Assembly: GCF_018350175.1 (NCBI RefSeq)
Contig: NC_058368.1
Span: forward strand, 33,606,001 to 33,670,000
Length of the DNA stretch: 64,000 bases
Source: Felis catus
Taxonomy: Eukaryota
Direction: 5' to 3'
Shown here: positions 48,416 to 61,959 of the stretch, in pieces
Layout of the letters: each line of letters begins with the position of its first letter
Position numbering within the stretch: position 1 is the first letter of the stretch
Translations under genes and position numbers: made by a program
The notes under the pieces: model-generated
Database searches by the model: none
Seen by the model: only the letters and a program-made list of their open reading frames with translations
Told to the model about the DNA's origin: nothing

Positions 48416-51400
48416 GGAACGTTTGAATTTAAAATACAAATAACATCAAAGTGTCAAAGTTGATACACATGTTGTGCTTAGATAATTCACTGAATCACAG
48501 AATTATATTTTAGAAGCAATCACAGTAAGGAAATGTTTCAACACTCTGATTTTCAACATGAAGAAAATACTACTCAGGTGAAATTACTCCCTAAGATCAC
48601 ACAAAGACCAAGAAATTCCCTTCTAAATTTGAATGTTCTTAAGAAATTCAGAAAGGTTTTTTTTAAAAAGCAAGATTTTATTTGCTATCAAATGTTAAAA
48701 ATACCAAATATTTGATGCACTTAAGGGTACTCAGTTTCATTATTTTCTACACTCAGAATATCTATTCAGTCAAGTATAATTGTAAATAGACAAACAGTAA
48801 AATAATGTCTCTATTAGTTACATCATAACCTTTATTTCATATAACATACATGAGAGTATTAACACATATACAAATATGTGTGTATATGTACACACATAAA
48901 CACCCAAACCTGCAATTGAAAAATAAGCATATTTCATAGCCATTCTACTTTTTTTTGAAAATTATCTTTTAGTAACAATGCATTCAGTGCAAGTTTATGG
49001 ATCAAAAGGAAGTTAACATTTTCTTCTTCAGTATCTAAATCTACTGTGAGGGAGCGACTTAGGCACTGGGGAGAAATTGGCTTATTATTTCTCTATGTCA
49101 GCGAGAGGCAAACAACAAACCTCTGGCAAATATGTTTTGTTCTCAAGAAGAAAATGAACTGATTTTGCTCTCTTACAAGGGCTATTTGCGCTAGATATGG
49201 TCACAGGTGGTTTGATCTGATCTTTTCCTATTTTAGTTGAGAAATAGCTTTTCACACTTAGGGCAGTTCACTCCTATTTACCTGTGAAAATGAGATGTCC
49301 TTGCATTTGTAACTAAACTGAAGTCCCCTTCCATTTATCTCCATGAAATTCCCTCATAAACTGACCTTGGAAAAAAGGTCAGAGGGTAAAAAATAGACGT
49401 CTATAATCTTTTATAATAATACACACAAACAAACATTGAGGTGTAGGGGTGGCAATTTGATTAATTTTTACTACTAATCTAACTTCCAACTTTTATTTTT
49501 ATGACTTGAAATATATGGTTTGTACTAATTTCCACTGGAATAAAGTTATTTTGATATGCATTATGTCAACATGGTTTTAATTTTATAACCCTCAGTTACA
49601 TTATTAATTCAGAGTTTTTCTTGGGATATGAATTGAAATGGTGCATGTAAAACAATTAAGGGTATTCCTGACAAAGGTAAAATACAGAAAATAAGTCTTG
49701 GGTCTGGAAACAGTAATGTGTGGTCAAACATTTTCTATTTATTAGCTAATATTGCTGAATTTTAAAAATAGTGGATACCAAAATAATGAATTCACACTAA
49801 CTTCCCTCTGTGCCTGAGTGGGAAAACAAGTAGTTATTCCCTAACATTCTAGTAAGAGTTATAACCACATCAAGATTAGCTGCTTCTTTGAGTCACTGAC
49901 TGCTCTGTTGTGCTTACAACTACAAGCTACAAATAACTAATTGCAGGAAAAATATCCTAAAGGTCAGACTGAGAGATCTGCTACCATCTCTGAATCAGTA
50001 ACTCTTGAGGAATGGATTGCAATGGGAAAAATATGTTTACTGTTTCCAGAGAGAAGAAAATACAATTGAAAAAAAATAGAAGAGCATAAGGAAGCCACAT
50101 CTTTCGGAATTCCTCTCTGACAGCTCATTTATGTTTCTTCAACCTGTATTATAGGATTCATTCAGTTCACCTTGTTTAACTGTTTTCAAATCAACCCATA
50201 AAAATGAATGTTTTGGGTACTACAAGATAATGTTTATTGTTCAAGTAAGTTATAAATGAGAAGACCATCCCTACTCATTTTATAATATTCTGGAAAAAAT
50301 ATTTCAATCAACTATTGAGATTCATATTATTTAAAAATACCCAATAATATTACTTTGAAGATTTTGCTCTGGAAAAAATAATTAATCTTTTAAGATTTTA
50401 TTTATACATTATTTGCCTCCAAGGTTCAGTGCTATGCATTGCTCTTAAAGCTGGTTAATGCTGTTTATATTTCATGATCATAACAGCTTCAGATTTTTAA
50501 AATATGTAATTTTGTTCCCACCAGGAGTGCTTGAAAAGAAATGGAAATACCTTTCATAGTGACAAACTCCGAATACTGAGTCACACGTACTAATATTTCT
50601 GGGCACCACAGCACAACGCTCACTCATTTCACTGTTAGCTTAGCACCACCTTTTACAAACACTAATAAATTCTATTTTTCCAAACAACCCATCCCTTTGA
50701 TAGCATCTGATTATTTTTCTTATAAGATTAGTTTGCATTTCCATTTTCAAGTGATGATCCCTTTATCACTGTAAAATGTAATTCTTTGATTTATTTACTT
50801 TCTAATATATTCTTCAAACTTCCATGAAGTAGCCCTATTTTGATATGTTTATGAAGGTCTTATTTAAAACCTGTTTATTCTTTCTCTCAGATCATTAATA
50901 ACAAAGTTATCTATGTGGACCTTCCATCAGGCAATTGATGCCTATGTTGATGGTTATCATAAACATTTTCTTATAGTCCATTTTTTGACAATCCATTGCT
51001 GTGGGATTGATAAGGGTTTATATTTTACATGAATCTTTATTCATGAATTGAAGCATAGGAATTTATTTTGTACAAAATTTATATAATACATTATAAAATA
51101 CTGCTAAAATCAAAACAAATGTTATCCTTTTTAATACTGACAATTAAAATAATTTATGAATAAATTCTGTTTTTAAACATATTTCATTTATTATACATGA
51201 CTCATTTGCCCTGTTGGGGATTAAATTAAATACATATTTATAAGCTGCAGCATATGTTGTTTCCTTTATCTAACAAGGCACAACATTTACTTAGTTCCTC
51301 AATGTGCACATCCTGTAAAGCGCACTTAACGTTATAGATATTTTGGTGTGGAATTTTGATAGTGTTCCAATAATTATTCTAAAAGAGGATTATAGATCAT

Positions 51401-54112
51401 AGGTGCTTATCATTTTAGACTTCATATCCCACTCTTTCAAAAAGAGATTTAAAGCTCTTGGTTAAAATATGATTTAGGATGTATATCAGTAAATCTAGGA
51501 GAATGTGTATTTTAAGGTTTAATTGTATAAGGTTAGCAGTTCTTGAAATTTTGTGTTTGTCTTAGGCAGACAATTTTCCAGAATCATTTTGTATCAAGAA
51601 ATTTTAAGGGAAAACTGCACTGGTGGAGCTTCATTTAAGTAGTCAAGAAAAACGTCTTGGGATGGTTTAACAAATATAGGATATGGAGTAGACAGATCTT
51701 CATTCCTGTGTGGGATTGTCATATCTGAGCCATGATACTTTATCATCCAGGTATGACTTATTGGTATAAATTCTGAATACATGTTCAGAAATTGGCAGAT
51801 ATTTTCGTTTTTCATGATTATGACAAAATACAAAAGAATGACTAATAATTTCCCATGTTTTTTGTTTTGTTTGATTGTTTTGTTTTACATCTATTTAAGA
51901 CTTCCATAATTCAAAGAAAAGAAAAAGTAATAGAAAGTAAATTAAATGACAAACCATGCAATGAATTATACGATTCTCAAAGCTGAGTAACAAAAAGTAT
52001 TGATGTGTATACTGTTAAATTTATCGATGGTCCATACTCAGAATACGGTCTAGGTTGGTGAATGTTCATATACAGTTGATAAAATGTGTACAGTATTCTC
52101 TTGTTGGAGGCAGCATGTTATGATAATGTGTTCAAATTGATTCATGTTTTATTTAGGTCTTCTCTATTCTTACTGAATTTTTGCAGATGTGTTATAGATT
52201 TTATTAAAAAGAGAGTTAAAGTCCAGAGTTATAACTGTGGACTTACCTAGTTCTTTCAATTTTATAAAACTTTATTGTGTACTGAAACTCTCTTAAACGC
52301 ACACAATATTTAGAATGATTAGATCTTCTTGTAAAATTGACCCCTCTATCATTATGTAATGCTACTTCTTGTCCATGGCACGATTTCTTGTTCTGGTGTT
52401 TCCTTTGTCTGACACCTAATCTGTCTTTTAGTTAGTGGTCTACCCTTCTACTTTTAACTTATTTTTGTTTCCTTTTCTATTATGATTTAAATTTCAGTTA
52501 ATTAACATATACTGCGATATTTGTTTTAGGAGTCGAATTCAGTGATGTGTCACTTACATATAACACTCAGTGCTTATTACAAGGGTCCTCCTTTGTCCCA
52601 TCACCCATCTAAACCATCCTCCTCCCATCTCCCTATATCATCCCTCAGTTTGTTCTCTATCACTGAGAGTCTTTTGTGGTTTATTTCCCTCTCGCCTCTC
52701 TCCCACCCCTTCCCATATGTTCACGTTTTTTGTTTCTGAAATTCAACATATGAGTGAAATCATGTGGTATTTCTTTTTCTGATTGACTTATTTTGCTTAG
52801 CATAATACATTCTACCTCCATTCACGTCATCGCAAATGGCAATTTCATTCTTTTTTGATGTCTGAGTAACATTCCACTGTGTATGTGTATGTATGTGTGT
52901 GTGTGTGTGCGTGTGTGTGTGTACACACACATGCACAACATCTTCTTTATCCATTCATCAGTTGATGGATATTTGGCCCCTTCCATAGTTTGACTATTGT
53001 TGATAATGCTGCTATAAACATTGGGATGCCTGTACCCCTTCAAATCTATATATTTGTATTCTTTGGGTTAATATCTAATAGTGCAATTGCTGGATCATAG
53101 GGTAGTTTTATGTTTGTTTTTGAGAAACCTCCATACTGGTCTCCAGAGTGGCTGTACCAGTTTGCATTCCCATCAGCAGCGCAAGAGGTTCCTCTTTCTC
53201 TGAATTATTGTCAACACCAGTTGTTTCTTGTTAATTTTAGCTCTTGGACAGGTGTGAGATGTTATATCATAATGGTTTTGATTTGTATTTCCCTAATGGT
53301 GAGTGATGTTGAGCATCCTTTCATGTATCTATTAGCCATCTGGATGTCTTTGGAAAAGTATCTATTCATGTCTTCTGCCCATTTCTTAACTGGGTCATTT
53401 GTTTTTTGGGTGCTGAATTTGATAAGTTCTTTATAGATATGGGATACTAACCCTTTATCATATATTTCATTTGCAAATATCTTCTATTCTGTAGGCTGCC
53501 TTTTAGATTTGTTGATTATTTTCTTCACTGTGCAGAAGCTTTTTATTTTGATGAGGTCCCAATAGTTCATGTTTGCTTTTGTTCCCCTTACCTTCAGTGA
53601 TGTGTCTAGTAAGAACTTGCTTCAGGCAAAATCAGAGAAGTTGCTGCCTGTGTTCTCCTCTAGGATCTTGATGGTTCCTTGTCTCACATTTAGGTCTTTC
53701 ATCCATTTTAAATTTATTTTTGTGTATGGTGTAAGAAAGAGGTCCCATTTCATTTTTCTGCATGTTGCTGTCCAGTTTTCCCCACACCAGTTGTTGGAGA
53801 GACTTTTTTTTTCCATTGGATATTCTTTCTTTCTTTGTCTAAGATAAATTGACTATATAGTTGTGGGTCAACTTCCAAGTTTTCCATTCTGTTTAATAGA
53901 TCTATGTGTCTGTTTTTTGTGCCATACCATACTGTCCTGATGATCTTTGTAGTATAGCTTGAAATCTGGAATTGTGATGGCTCCAGTTTTGTTTTTCTTT
54001 TTCAGGATTGCTTTAGCTATTCAGGGTCTTTTCTGTTTCTATACAAATTTTAGGATTGTTCTAGTTCTGCAAAAAATGCTCGTGGTATTTTTATAGGTAT
54101 TGCATTGAATTT

Positions 54113-54329
54113 GTAAAAAAATTTTTAATGTTTATTTATTTCAGAGACAGAGAGAGACAGAGCATGAGTCGGGGAGGGGCAGAGAGAGAGGGGGACACAG
54201 AATCCGAAGCAGGCTCCAGGCTCTGAGCTGTCAGCACAGTGCCCAACTCAGGGCTCGAACTCACAGACCACGAGATCATGACCTGAGCCGAAGCCAGACG
54301 CTCAAACGACTGAGCCACCCAGGCGCCCC
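54113..54329 (-). mobile_element. Can-SINE
   Basis: TSD tgcatt(g/a)aattt at 54101-54112 and 54330-54341. Confidence 0.96.
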
Positions 54330-54339
54330 TGCATTAAAT

Positions 54340-54567
54340 TTTTTAATGTTTATTTATTTTTGAGAGGGAGAGAGAGAGAGGGAGAGCACGCGCGCATGAG
54401 CTGGGGGGAGAGGCAGAGAGAGAGGGAGACACAGAATCTGAAGCAGGCTCCAGGCTCTGAGCTGTCAGCACAGAGTCTAACGTGGAGCTCAAATTCATAA
54501 ATGAACTGTGAGATCATGACCTGAGTCGAAGTTGGAAGCTCAACTGACTGAGCCAACCAGGAGCCCC
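54340..54567 (-). mobile_element. Can-SINE
   Basis: Outer TSD tataggtatt(g/a)catt(g/a)aat at 54092-54110 and 54568-54586. Confidence 0.96.
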
Positions 54568-55269
54568 TATAGGTATTACATTAAATGTGTACATTGCTAT
54601 GTCGTTATATTTAAAGTAGGTTGGTTGTGGACAGCACAGACCTAGTTCTTATTTTTTCACCCAATCTGGCAATCTCTTTTAATTGGCATGCTCAGAGCAT
54701 GTATATTTTATATGATTTTCACTATGTTTGGACTAAAATATAACACATGTTAGTTGTTTTCTACTTGTTCCTTGTGTTATTATGTTTCCCTGTTTATCTG
54801 CTTTCTTTAGGATTAATTAATCATATATTACAGTCCCACGTATCTCCATATTGATTTCTAATTTCTAATTCTTTTAAACATATTGTTTTATTTTCTATGG
54901 CTGCCCTAAGATTTATAACATACAGTTTTTATTAACCAAAGTCTACCTTCAGATAAGAATACACTTCTTTATGTATAGAAAAAGGACTCTAACAACAGTA
55001 TGTTCCCAATTTCTCTCTCCATATTGTGGTTTAATGCGGTCACATGCTTTTTTTTTTGTACATATGTTATTAACAAATACATTACTACTAATTTTTGGAG
55101 CTTCTACATTCTAGAGTTTGGTGTTACTTTTCTCAACACATCTGATACTCTCCTTTCCCTAGTAGTTACCCAAACAAGGGCTGTAGGTCTCTTTGGAAAA
55201 GAACTAGGAGATTTACTATGAAAAAGTTTGCCATGTTGTTTCATTTTTTTTGTTTTGTTTTGTTTTTTG

Positions 55270-56095
55270 TTTTTCTTTTTTCTTGTGTGGACCCAGCTTG
55301 TCCTCAAAGTTTTCTGAATCTGTGAACTTTCTCAATCTGGCAATGGGGTCAGAGATCCTGATCTTTTAGTGGCAACTACTTCCCTCAGCCTCTTGCTTAT
55401 CTATGTCAACCAGGAGCTCAGACTTCTCAAGTAGGAGGGTCTAGATCACCCTACCAGATAGACAGCATGGGTCTACAATGGCACTGGAAAAAGTAAAGGG
55501 AATTTAGAAAGGTTGGTAGAAATGAACAAGAAATAGATGATGAATAACTGTTGCAAGCCTCAAGACCAGTGCTGCATTTTCCCCCACAAACTTGCCTACT
55601 CTATGAATCCCTAGGGGGGAAGACCAACCAGAATCTTAAGGGGCTGTTCCCAGATGGAATAAAATGACTGTGTGAAGCAAGAGGACTTGAGAAGAGCAAA
55701 GAGGAGGCGATAATGTATATTATGGTCTGATACCTACTCTCTACTTTAGGAACTTGACATTCATTCCTAGCTGCAAGTATTTTTTGTGGAATTTGTCCTT
55801 CCATGTGGAAGGTTATATTCCCTAACCAGGGGTACCCATAATCCCATTGACTGATACAGAATACAATGGCCTAACCCTTTTACTTCAATTCTTACCAAAT
55901 CTAATGCACTATCTCAGCTCCAGAGCTCTCAGAAGGACAGGCTGATGTCTCTGGTTCTGTGTCATAGCTCAATTTATCCCTCTCCCTAGATCTGACCCAC
56001 TTATTGCCTTATATGTATTAAGAACATGTGAATAATTAACCTATTTGAAAATCCCTTCCTAAGGGCCATTTACTAAGCTAGTTGGCCTAAGATAC
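55270..56095 (+). mobile_element. ERVL relic: internal fragment plus LTR16-like LTR
   Basis: gatgatgaataactgttgcaagcctcaagaccag resembles ERVL/MaLR internal 3' sequence. cagctccagagctctc...caggctga and the terminal cctaagata resemble LTR16. Confidence 0.55.
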
Positions 56096-56749
56096 TATTC
56101 TAACAGTAAAGTATAATTTTTCTTGACTATATAGGATTTCAGTATTTTTAATTTACTTTTTTGGTCCTAATGACCTTGAATTATATCAACCAAAAATTTC
56201 ATTTTATATGAGATCAAGCACATACCTTTCTTCTAAGTGACCTAAGCTTTTCATTTATCGTTGCATATATTTTACATTCCTTTATCATTTATTCCCAGGT
56301 TGTTGTATTTATTTGGAAGAGTTGATACTTAAGGCAGTTACTAAATTTTACCTGGATTTCTTCACGTATTGGATAAGCATGATTAGTATTTGCAGGAATG
56401 TTGCGGGAAATAAATTGAATAATGTAGTATATAAACCATGCTACAGTACAATTCATAATACAGAAAATTATTGTTTTATATTCTTTCTGTACTCCAACAT
56501 ATGGATTTCAAGGTCCTTGGTAGATGGGATCTTTATAATATAGTCCCAATCAACTCAGCAAAACATTTTATTATAGATTTGTTAATCATAGTCTATAACA
56601 ATAGTTTCTCTAAGGAATCAAGAACAAAATAGAAAAAACTCCCTCAACTGATAGAATATTTTCACTTCCTTATTCCCACTAATGAAAGTATTTATAGAGA
56701 GTAGACAATTTGAGAGACAATATGCATTTTTTGCTTCCCAAAGCACAAG

Positions 56750-56830
56750 AATGCATACATACACATGTGTATGTATGTACATGTGCATATATATGTAGCT
56801 TGTGTATGTATGTAAATTTATACATATATG

Positions 56831-56861
<31 letters not shown>

Positions 56862-56880
56862 AACGACATACATACATATA
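56750..56880. repeat. CA/TA-rich low-complexity tract with (CA)n
   Basis: Direct reading. Confidence 0.9.
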
Positions 56881-57098
56881 GTGGATCTGGGCCTGCCTTG
56901 TTTATGGTAACTTAAAGATAGATAAGATAGGATCAGGAAATACATACTGGCAAAAAAAAATAACAATAACTAAGTCCTGCAAATTTTCGTCAGACTCTAT
57001 TTTCAAGGAAAGAGATAGAAAGGATTTTTGGCTCCATTCTTTATGGATTTATAAATCAGTTAACAACCTCAGAAAAAAATTTGAGAGTAATTCAAAGT

Positions 57099-57100
<2 letters not shown>

Positions 57101-57140
<40 letters not shown>
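57101..57140. repeat. (AC)20 microsatellite
   Basis: Direct reading. Confidence 0.97.
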
Positions 57141-57143
<3 letters not shown>

Positions 57144-57159
57144 GGTCACTATTATGGAA

Positions 57160-57350
57160 AGCCTGACAATTTTTTTCTTTAAAGGGGCAAAAAGTAAATA
57201 TTTAGGTTTTGTAGGCTACCTGAATTCTCTTATGCACTTTGTTCTTTGTGTTTTGTTTAGATTTGTTTTTGCAAGTCTTTTAAAATGTAAAAAGTATTTT
57301 AGTTCGTCAGCTGTCTAAAACAGGCCATCCTCTGGACTGTGCTCCTGGTC
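57160..57350. mobile_element. MER58-like hAT-Charlie DNA transposon relic
   Basis: ttttctttaaaggggcaaaaagtaaatatttaggttttgtaggc and ttttaaaatgtaaaaagtattttagttcgtcagctgtctaaaacaggcc resemble recalled MER58C. Confidence 0.7.
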
Positions 57351-58305
57351 TCTTATTCTACAGCATTTTCTATACTGTATATTTCATGAGTGTAAGCGCA
57401 GTCAATGATGACTGGAAAAGATACAGGCTCAGCAAAGGAGGAAAGAACTCTCTCTGCTAATGAATATGACTCCAGTTAATATGGCAGAACATAATATATG
57501 AGCATGGAATAGTGTACTTATTTATTATTTGAGCTATAAACTATCAAATAAGTCTGTGTGGGTGCAATTAGTCAGCCCCAATATACTCACCATGAATTAG
57601 CATTCCTGATTTTAAACACAGAGGGACGTCTTGAGCACAGAAAACTTACCAAATTTTACCATCTCCCCTTAAGATTCACTTCAGAGCATCTTAGTGTTTT
57701 TGGTTTGTTTGCCATACTTAAAATGTGTGCAACTGATAGAGAGTAATCACTGTTGATAGTGATAGCTTTGATATTGATGCTATCTCTACAAGTTTCCTAA
57801 ACTTCATTGAACTAAGGCTGATTCATTGTCAGAAATGATAGTGTCTTGGCATTCTGTGCTGTAAATAACTGATGTATGGCTATGAAATTTGAAAAAAATA
57901 GTGTATGAGATGGAACCAAGAGAATTAAAATGTTTATAAAACAGGAAATCTACAATCAAGATTTTCTGCCAAATTGAGATGAAAATAAATGCAAATTTTG
58001 CATAGAGTCATTGGAAGCTTCAAGAAGAAAATTATGTGCTTTTAGCAGTTTATGATGCCAGTCTAAACTTTGCTATATTCTTTTACTGTGTCAATAAATA
58101 TAATTTATCAATAAATAAATAATAAATGAAGATAATGACATGATATGTTGATTTTGATTAGAAAAATAATCTGAATTCTCTATAACATGTATCAATTTGC
58201 TTCAACTGCAAATAATTTGAATTTCATATTTCCTTCTACTTCCAGACACATTTTCAGACTAAGGTGAAGTACAAGTCAATCTTGAATTACATGCATTTAT
58301 CTTTC

Positions 58306-58882
58306 AAAAATATATTTAAATTCTATTTAGTTAACATATAGTATAATATTGATTTCTGGAGTAGAATTTAGTGATGCATCATTTAGATATAACATTCAGT
58401 TCTCAACATCACAAGTGCCTTCCTTAATACCCATCACCCATTTAGCCCATCTCCTTCTCAGAAGCCCTCCATCAACCCTCAATTTGTTCTCTTCAGTTAA
58501 GGGTCCCTGTGGTTTGCTTTCCTCACTCTTTTTTTTTCCCCCTTCCCCAGGTTCATCTGTTTTATTTCTTAAATAAATTCCACATATGTGTGAAATCATA
58601 TGATATTTCTTTCTCTGACTGACTTAGTTTACTTAGCACAATGTACTCTAGCTCCATCCACATCGTTGCAAATGGCAAGGTTTAATTCTTTTTAATTCTT
58701 TACATATTTCTCACACCTTCTTTATCCATTCATCAGTTGATGGACACTTGGGCTCTTTCCATAGTTTGGTTATTGTTGATAATGCTGCTATAAACATCAG
58801 GGTGCATGTGCCCCTGTGAATCAGTATTTTTTTATCCTTTGGATAAATACCTACTGATGCAATTTATGGGCCATAGGGTAGT
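58306..58882 (-). mobile_element. 5'-truncated carnivore/feline L1 3' end
   Basis: 3'UTR and ORF2 tail on -. TSD tgcatttat(t)ctttc at 58292-58305 and 58883-58897. Confidence 0.93.
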
Positions 58883-59286
58883 TGCATTTATTCTTTCCAT
58901 GTAACTACATGAAAAGATAATTCAATAATCTATTAATATCAAAGTAGAATATATAATGGTAAAGAGCTCAAGGTATTTGCCTTAAAAATTGCTATTGCAT
59001 CAGTGAAGGTAGATGTCAAATATTTAGCCAACAATTTGAGATATAATTCTATCCTATTCCAGAATATTGAATATTCTGGAATAGGATGAACTTTAATTAA
59101 CAAACTCTTAGATATTCAACAAATCCTGGAAAAAAATGTGTGTGAGAAAATATCCAAGAATCTATTTAAAAATTCTTTAAATTAAATGTCCTGTTTGGAT
59201 ATATCACCAATAGTGTTGACTCAACATTCCCAAGGGTATGTTGAAGGTTATTTTCAGAGCTGAATAAAACTATTCTGTTTTAATTA

Positions 59287-59361
59287 TCCTTCCTTCCTTC
59301 TTTCCTTCTTTCCTCTCTCCCTTCCTCCCTCCCTCCCTTCCTTCTCTCCTGCTCTTCCTCC
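59287..59361. repeat. Polypyrimidine (CCTT/CCCT)n tract
   Basis: Direct reading. Confidence 0.9.
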
Positions 59362-59534
59362 CAGTTTCGGTTTTATATCTCCAGAATTTAGTTTAACACT
59401 TCTCAAAACATCTTATCATATACATTAATGTTTTTGTCTGTAAACTACTAAGGAAGAGCCAGAGACATGGAAAAGTTAAGGGACACACCCTTAGAGCAAG
59501 TCAGTTAAGAAGTGAAATTCTAGAACACAGACCT

Positions 59535-59746
59535 CTTTTTTTTAACGTTTATTTATTATTGAGAGACAGAGAAACAGAACATGAGCATGGGAGGCGTGGA
59601 AAGAGGGAGAGACACAGAATCTGAAGCAGGCTCCAGGCTCTGAGCTGTCAGCACAGAGCCCGATGTGGGGCTCAAACCCATGAACTGAGGGATCATGGCC
59701 TGAGCTGAAGTCAGACACTTAACCAACTGAGCCACCCAGGCACCCC
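59535..59746 (-). mobile_element. Can-SINE
   Basis: Complete antisense element flanked by agac(c)tctttt. Confidence 0.96.
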
Positions 59747-61754
59747 AGACTCTTTTAAGTCTTAAATGTTATTTGTTTGGAGATGTATAATTTCTATCGT
59801 TTTACTCAAATTCTATACACATAAAAATTTTTCATTTCACACAAATTAATGGAAATTCATATTTAAAAAACATTTAAATAATGGGAACATTAAGCTTTTC
59901 TGGAATGAGACCCTTTGCTTTTTGTTGTAAAAAATAACTACATATGTCTGACCCATCATAAGTAGTGACTATTAATTCTTAGTTTGGATGATGATATACA
60001 TGTTTACGTTTTTTCTTTTGAGTGTCAAAAAACTCTAGTTTGCATTAGTTTTTTCAAATTAAGCCTAATCATTGCAATTCAAGTATTTAAAATTTATTCT
60101 TAATAAAAACATATCTTCAACAACAAAAACATGTCGAGGAGTCTTGACAAATGATTTTCCATATTGCATCTCCTTTGTTGAACAGTCCTACAAGCTCTTC
60201 ATTCTACAACTTTTTTTCATCAGTTGCTCCTTAAAATAATAAAGCCAATTGTGCATTTAAACTAGAAAATGAACCTCAGGGCATGCCCATCTGTCTAAAC
60301 AAATAAGCACATTTCCAACAGAGTTACGGGCAGATTGTTCTTTAAACTAAGGTGATGAATGTGAACATTCAAGAAATTATGAATTATTGAAGAGCAAACA
60401 GCCTAACGTATTTCTCTCCATCCCTATAATCATATTTTGAGACATATTATTGACTTTGGAGTATTTTTACTACTACTACCAAAATGTCATTAACATTAAA
60501 GTGTTTCCAGATTAACATAGGTAACTACAAGCGTTAAAAAGTGCATTAAAAAGGCAATTGAACATTGCAGAAATAAACTTCCATACATATGACTCTTTTA
60601 AAGATATCTCCCTATCCCTAGTGACTTAACACAAATTTAAGGTACATTGATTCTGTTTTAAGTAAAATTTGTGTGTAAAAAATAGAATAGTAATTCTCAA
60701 TAAATGTTAGACGTATTAAAGAAAATAGACCAGCAAGCTGTTATACCTAAATTAATATTATATTTATCCATTTATTCTTACAGATTTTTACCATGCTGCT
60801 ACAAAAATCTCATGTATATGTATATATATGAAGTTTTATATACATATGTGAAATTTAAAAAAAAACAATTTATATTTACAAGAGTGTAAAATGACACAAG
60901 TGATCTTTTCCACAATTAAGTTACTCAGTTAAAGGTTATCCAAAATTAACTCATTTACAGGTATGGGGTGAAAAAATATAAGTTAGATGTGAGTAGAGCT
61001 AATGTGAGCTCAGAGTGAAAAACATTCAAGTGTAAGTTAAATAATTTGCCCTCTGTTTTGTGTATGTGTGTTGAGAAGCTTTCCTCACTACTAATTTTCT
61101 TTTGAAATATAAAGGTCAGCATTTGAATGAATACGGAAGGGGAATTATTAAAAACTGTTTACAAGGTACCAATGAGGGCAGAAACTGAAGGGAACAGGTA
61201 TGCTAATGAGAACACAGAATTAGTCCAAGAAAAATTGTGAGCAGCCCAAGTATTTTTCTCTCCTAATCTTTAGAAAGGTGGTCCATGCAATTAGAGGTAA
61301 TCATTTGTAGTCATAGAGTGGGACGCAAAGACTTGGAATGATTTCCAGTCATGGCAGGTGATTTCCACAGTTCTGAAAATTATCCTATTTTTTTTGCATA
61401 TGCAATATAGTGCACCCTAAATCTTAATTATGACCTAAAACCTTTTCTGTAAAAAAAAAAAAAAAACTTTCTATGGTTTATGATTTTAAAAGATTAGTTT
61501 TTCTTATCTATTTTGCATCATTATAGTTTAGCATTTCCAATAGAATAAAGATGTCTACGTTAGGCACCTTACTTTTTTACTTTTGATTTCATAGAAATAC
61601 AAGTAATATAGCTTGTCCTCTTTTGTGCTGGTTTCTCCCATTCAATAGTACAACTGTGGTATTTATTCATACTTTAGACAATTATTTAAAGTATTAATTC
61701 TATACTTTGTACATAAATGTTGAAGAGATATTAGTTATTGTTAATATTTCAATA

Positions 61755-61959
61755 TTTTTTGTTTACTTGTTTGTTTTTGAGAGAGAAACAGAGCATGAGC
61801 GGGGGAGGGGCAGAGAGAAAGGGAGACACAGAATCTGAAGCCACTCCAGGCTCTAAGCTGTCAGTACAGAGCCCTACGAGGGGCTCAAACCCATCAACTG
61901 CAAGATCATGACCTTAGCTGAAGTCAGATATGTAACCAGCTGAGCCACCCAGGTGCCCC
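61755..61959 (-). mobile_element. Can-SINE
   Basis: Complete antisense element ending gagccacccaggtgcccc. Confidence 0.95.

Larger units (their letters stand above)
52475..54595 (-). mobile_element. 5'-truncated carnivore/feline L1 (3'UTR plus 3' ORF2)
   Basis: Minus-strand peptides [23 protein letters not shown] and PSTDEWIKKM. Two SINEs near its 5' end. Confidence 0.95.
52030..55090 (-). mobile_element. Old L1 (L1MC-like) endonuclease/inter-ORF remnant, split by a younger L1
   Basis: ttgacccctctatcattatgtaatg...cttctacttttaactta (52.3-52.46 kb) continues after 54595 as ttatatttaaagtagg...gtggacagca. Confidence 0.65.

Noticed and set aside
51594..51833. 79-aa minus-strand ORF in unique DNA
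   Set aside because: No convincing splice or start context and no recognisable homology; length is within chance expectation.
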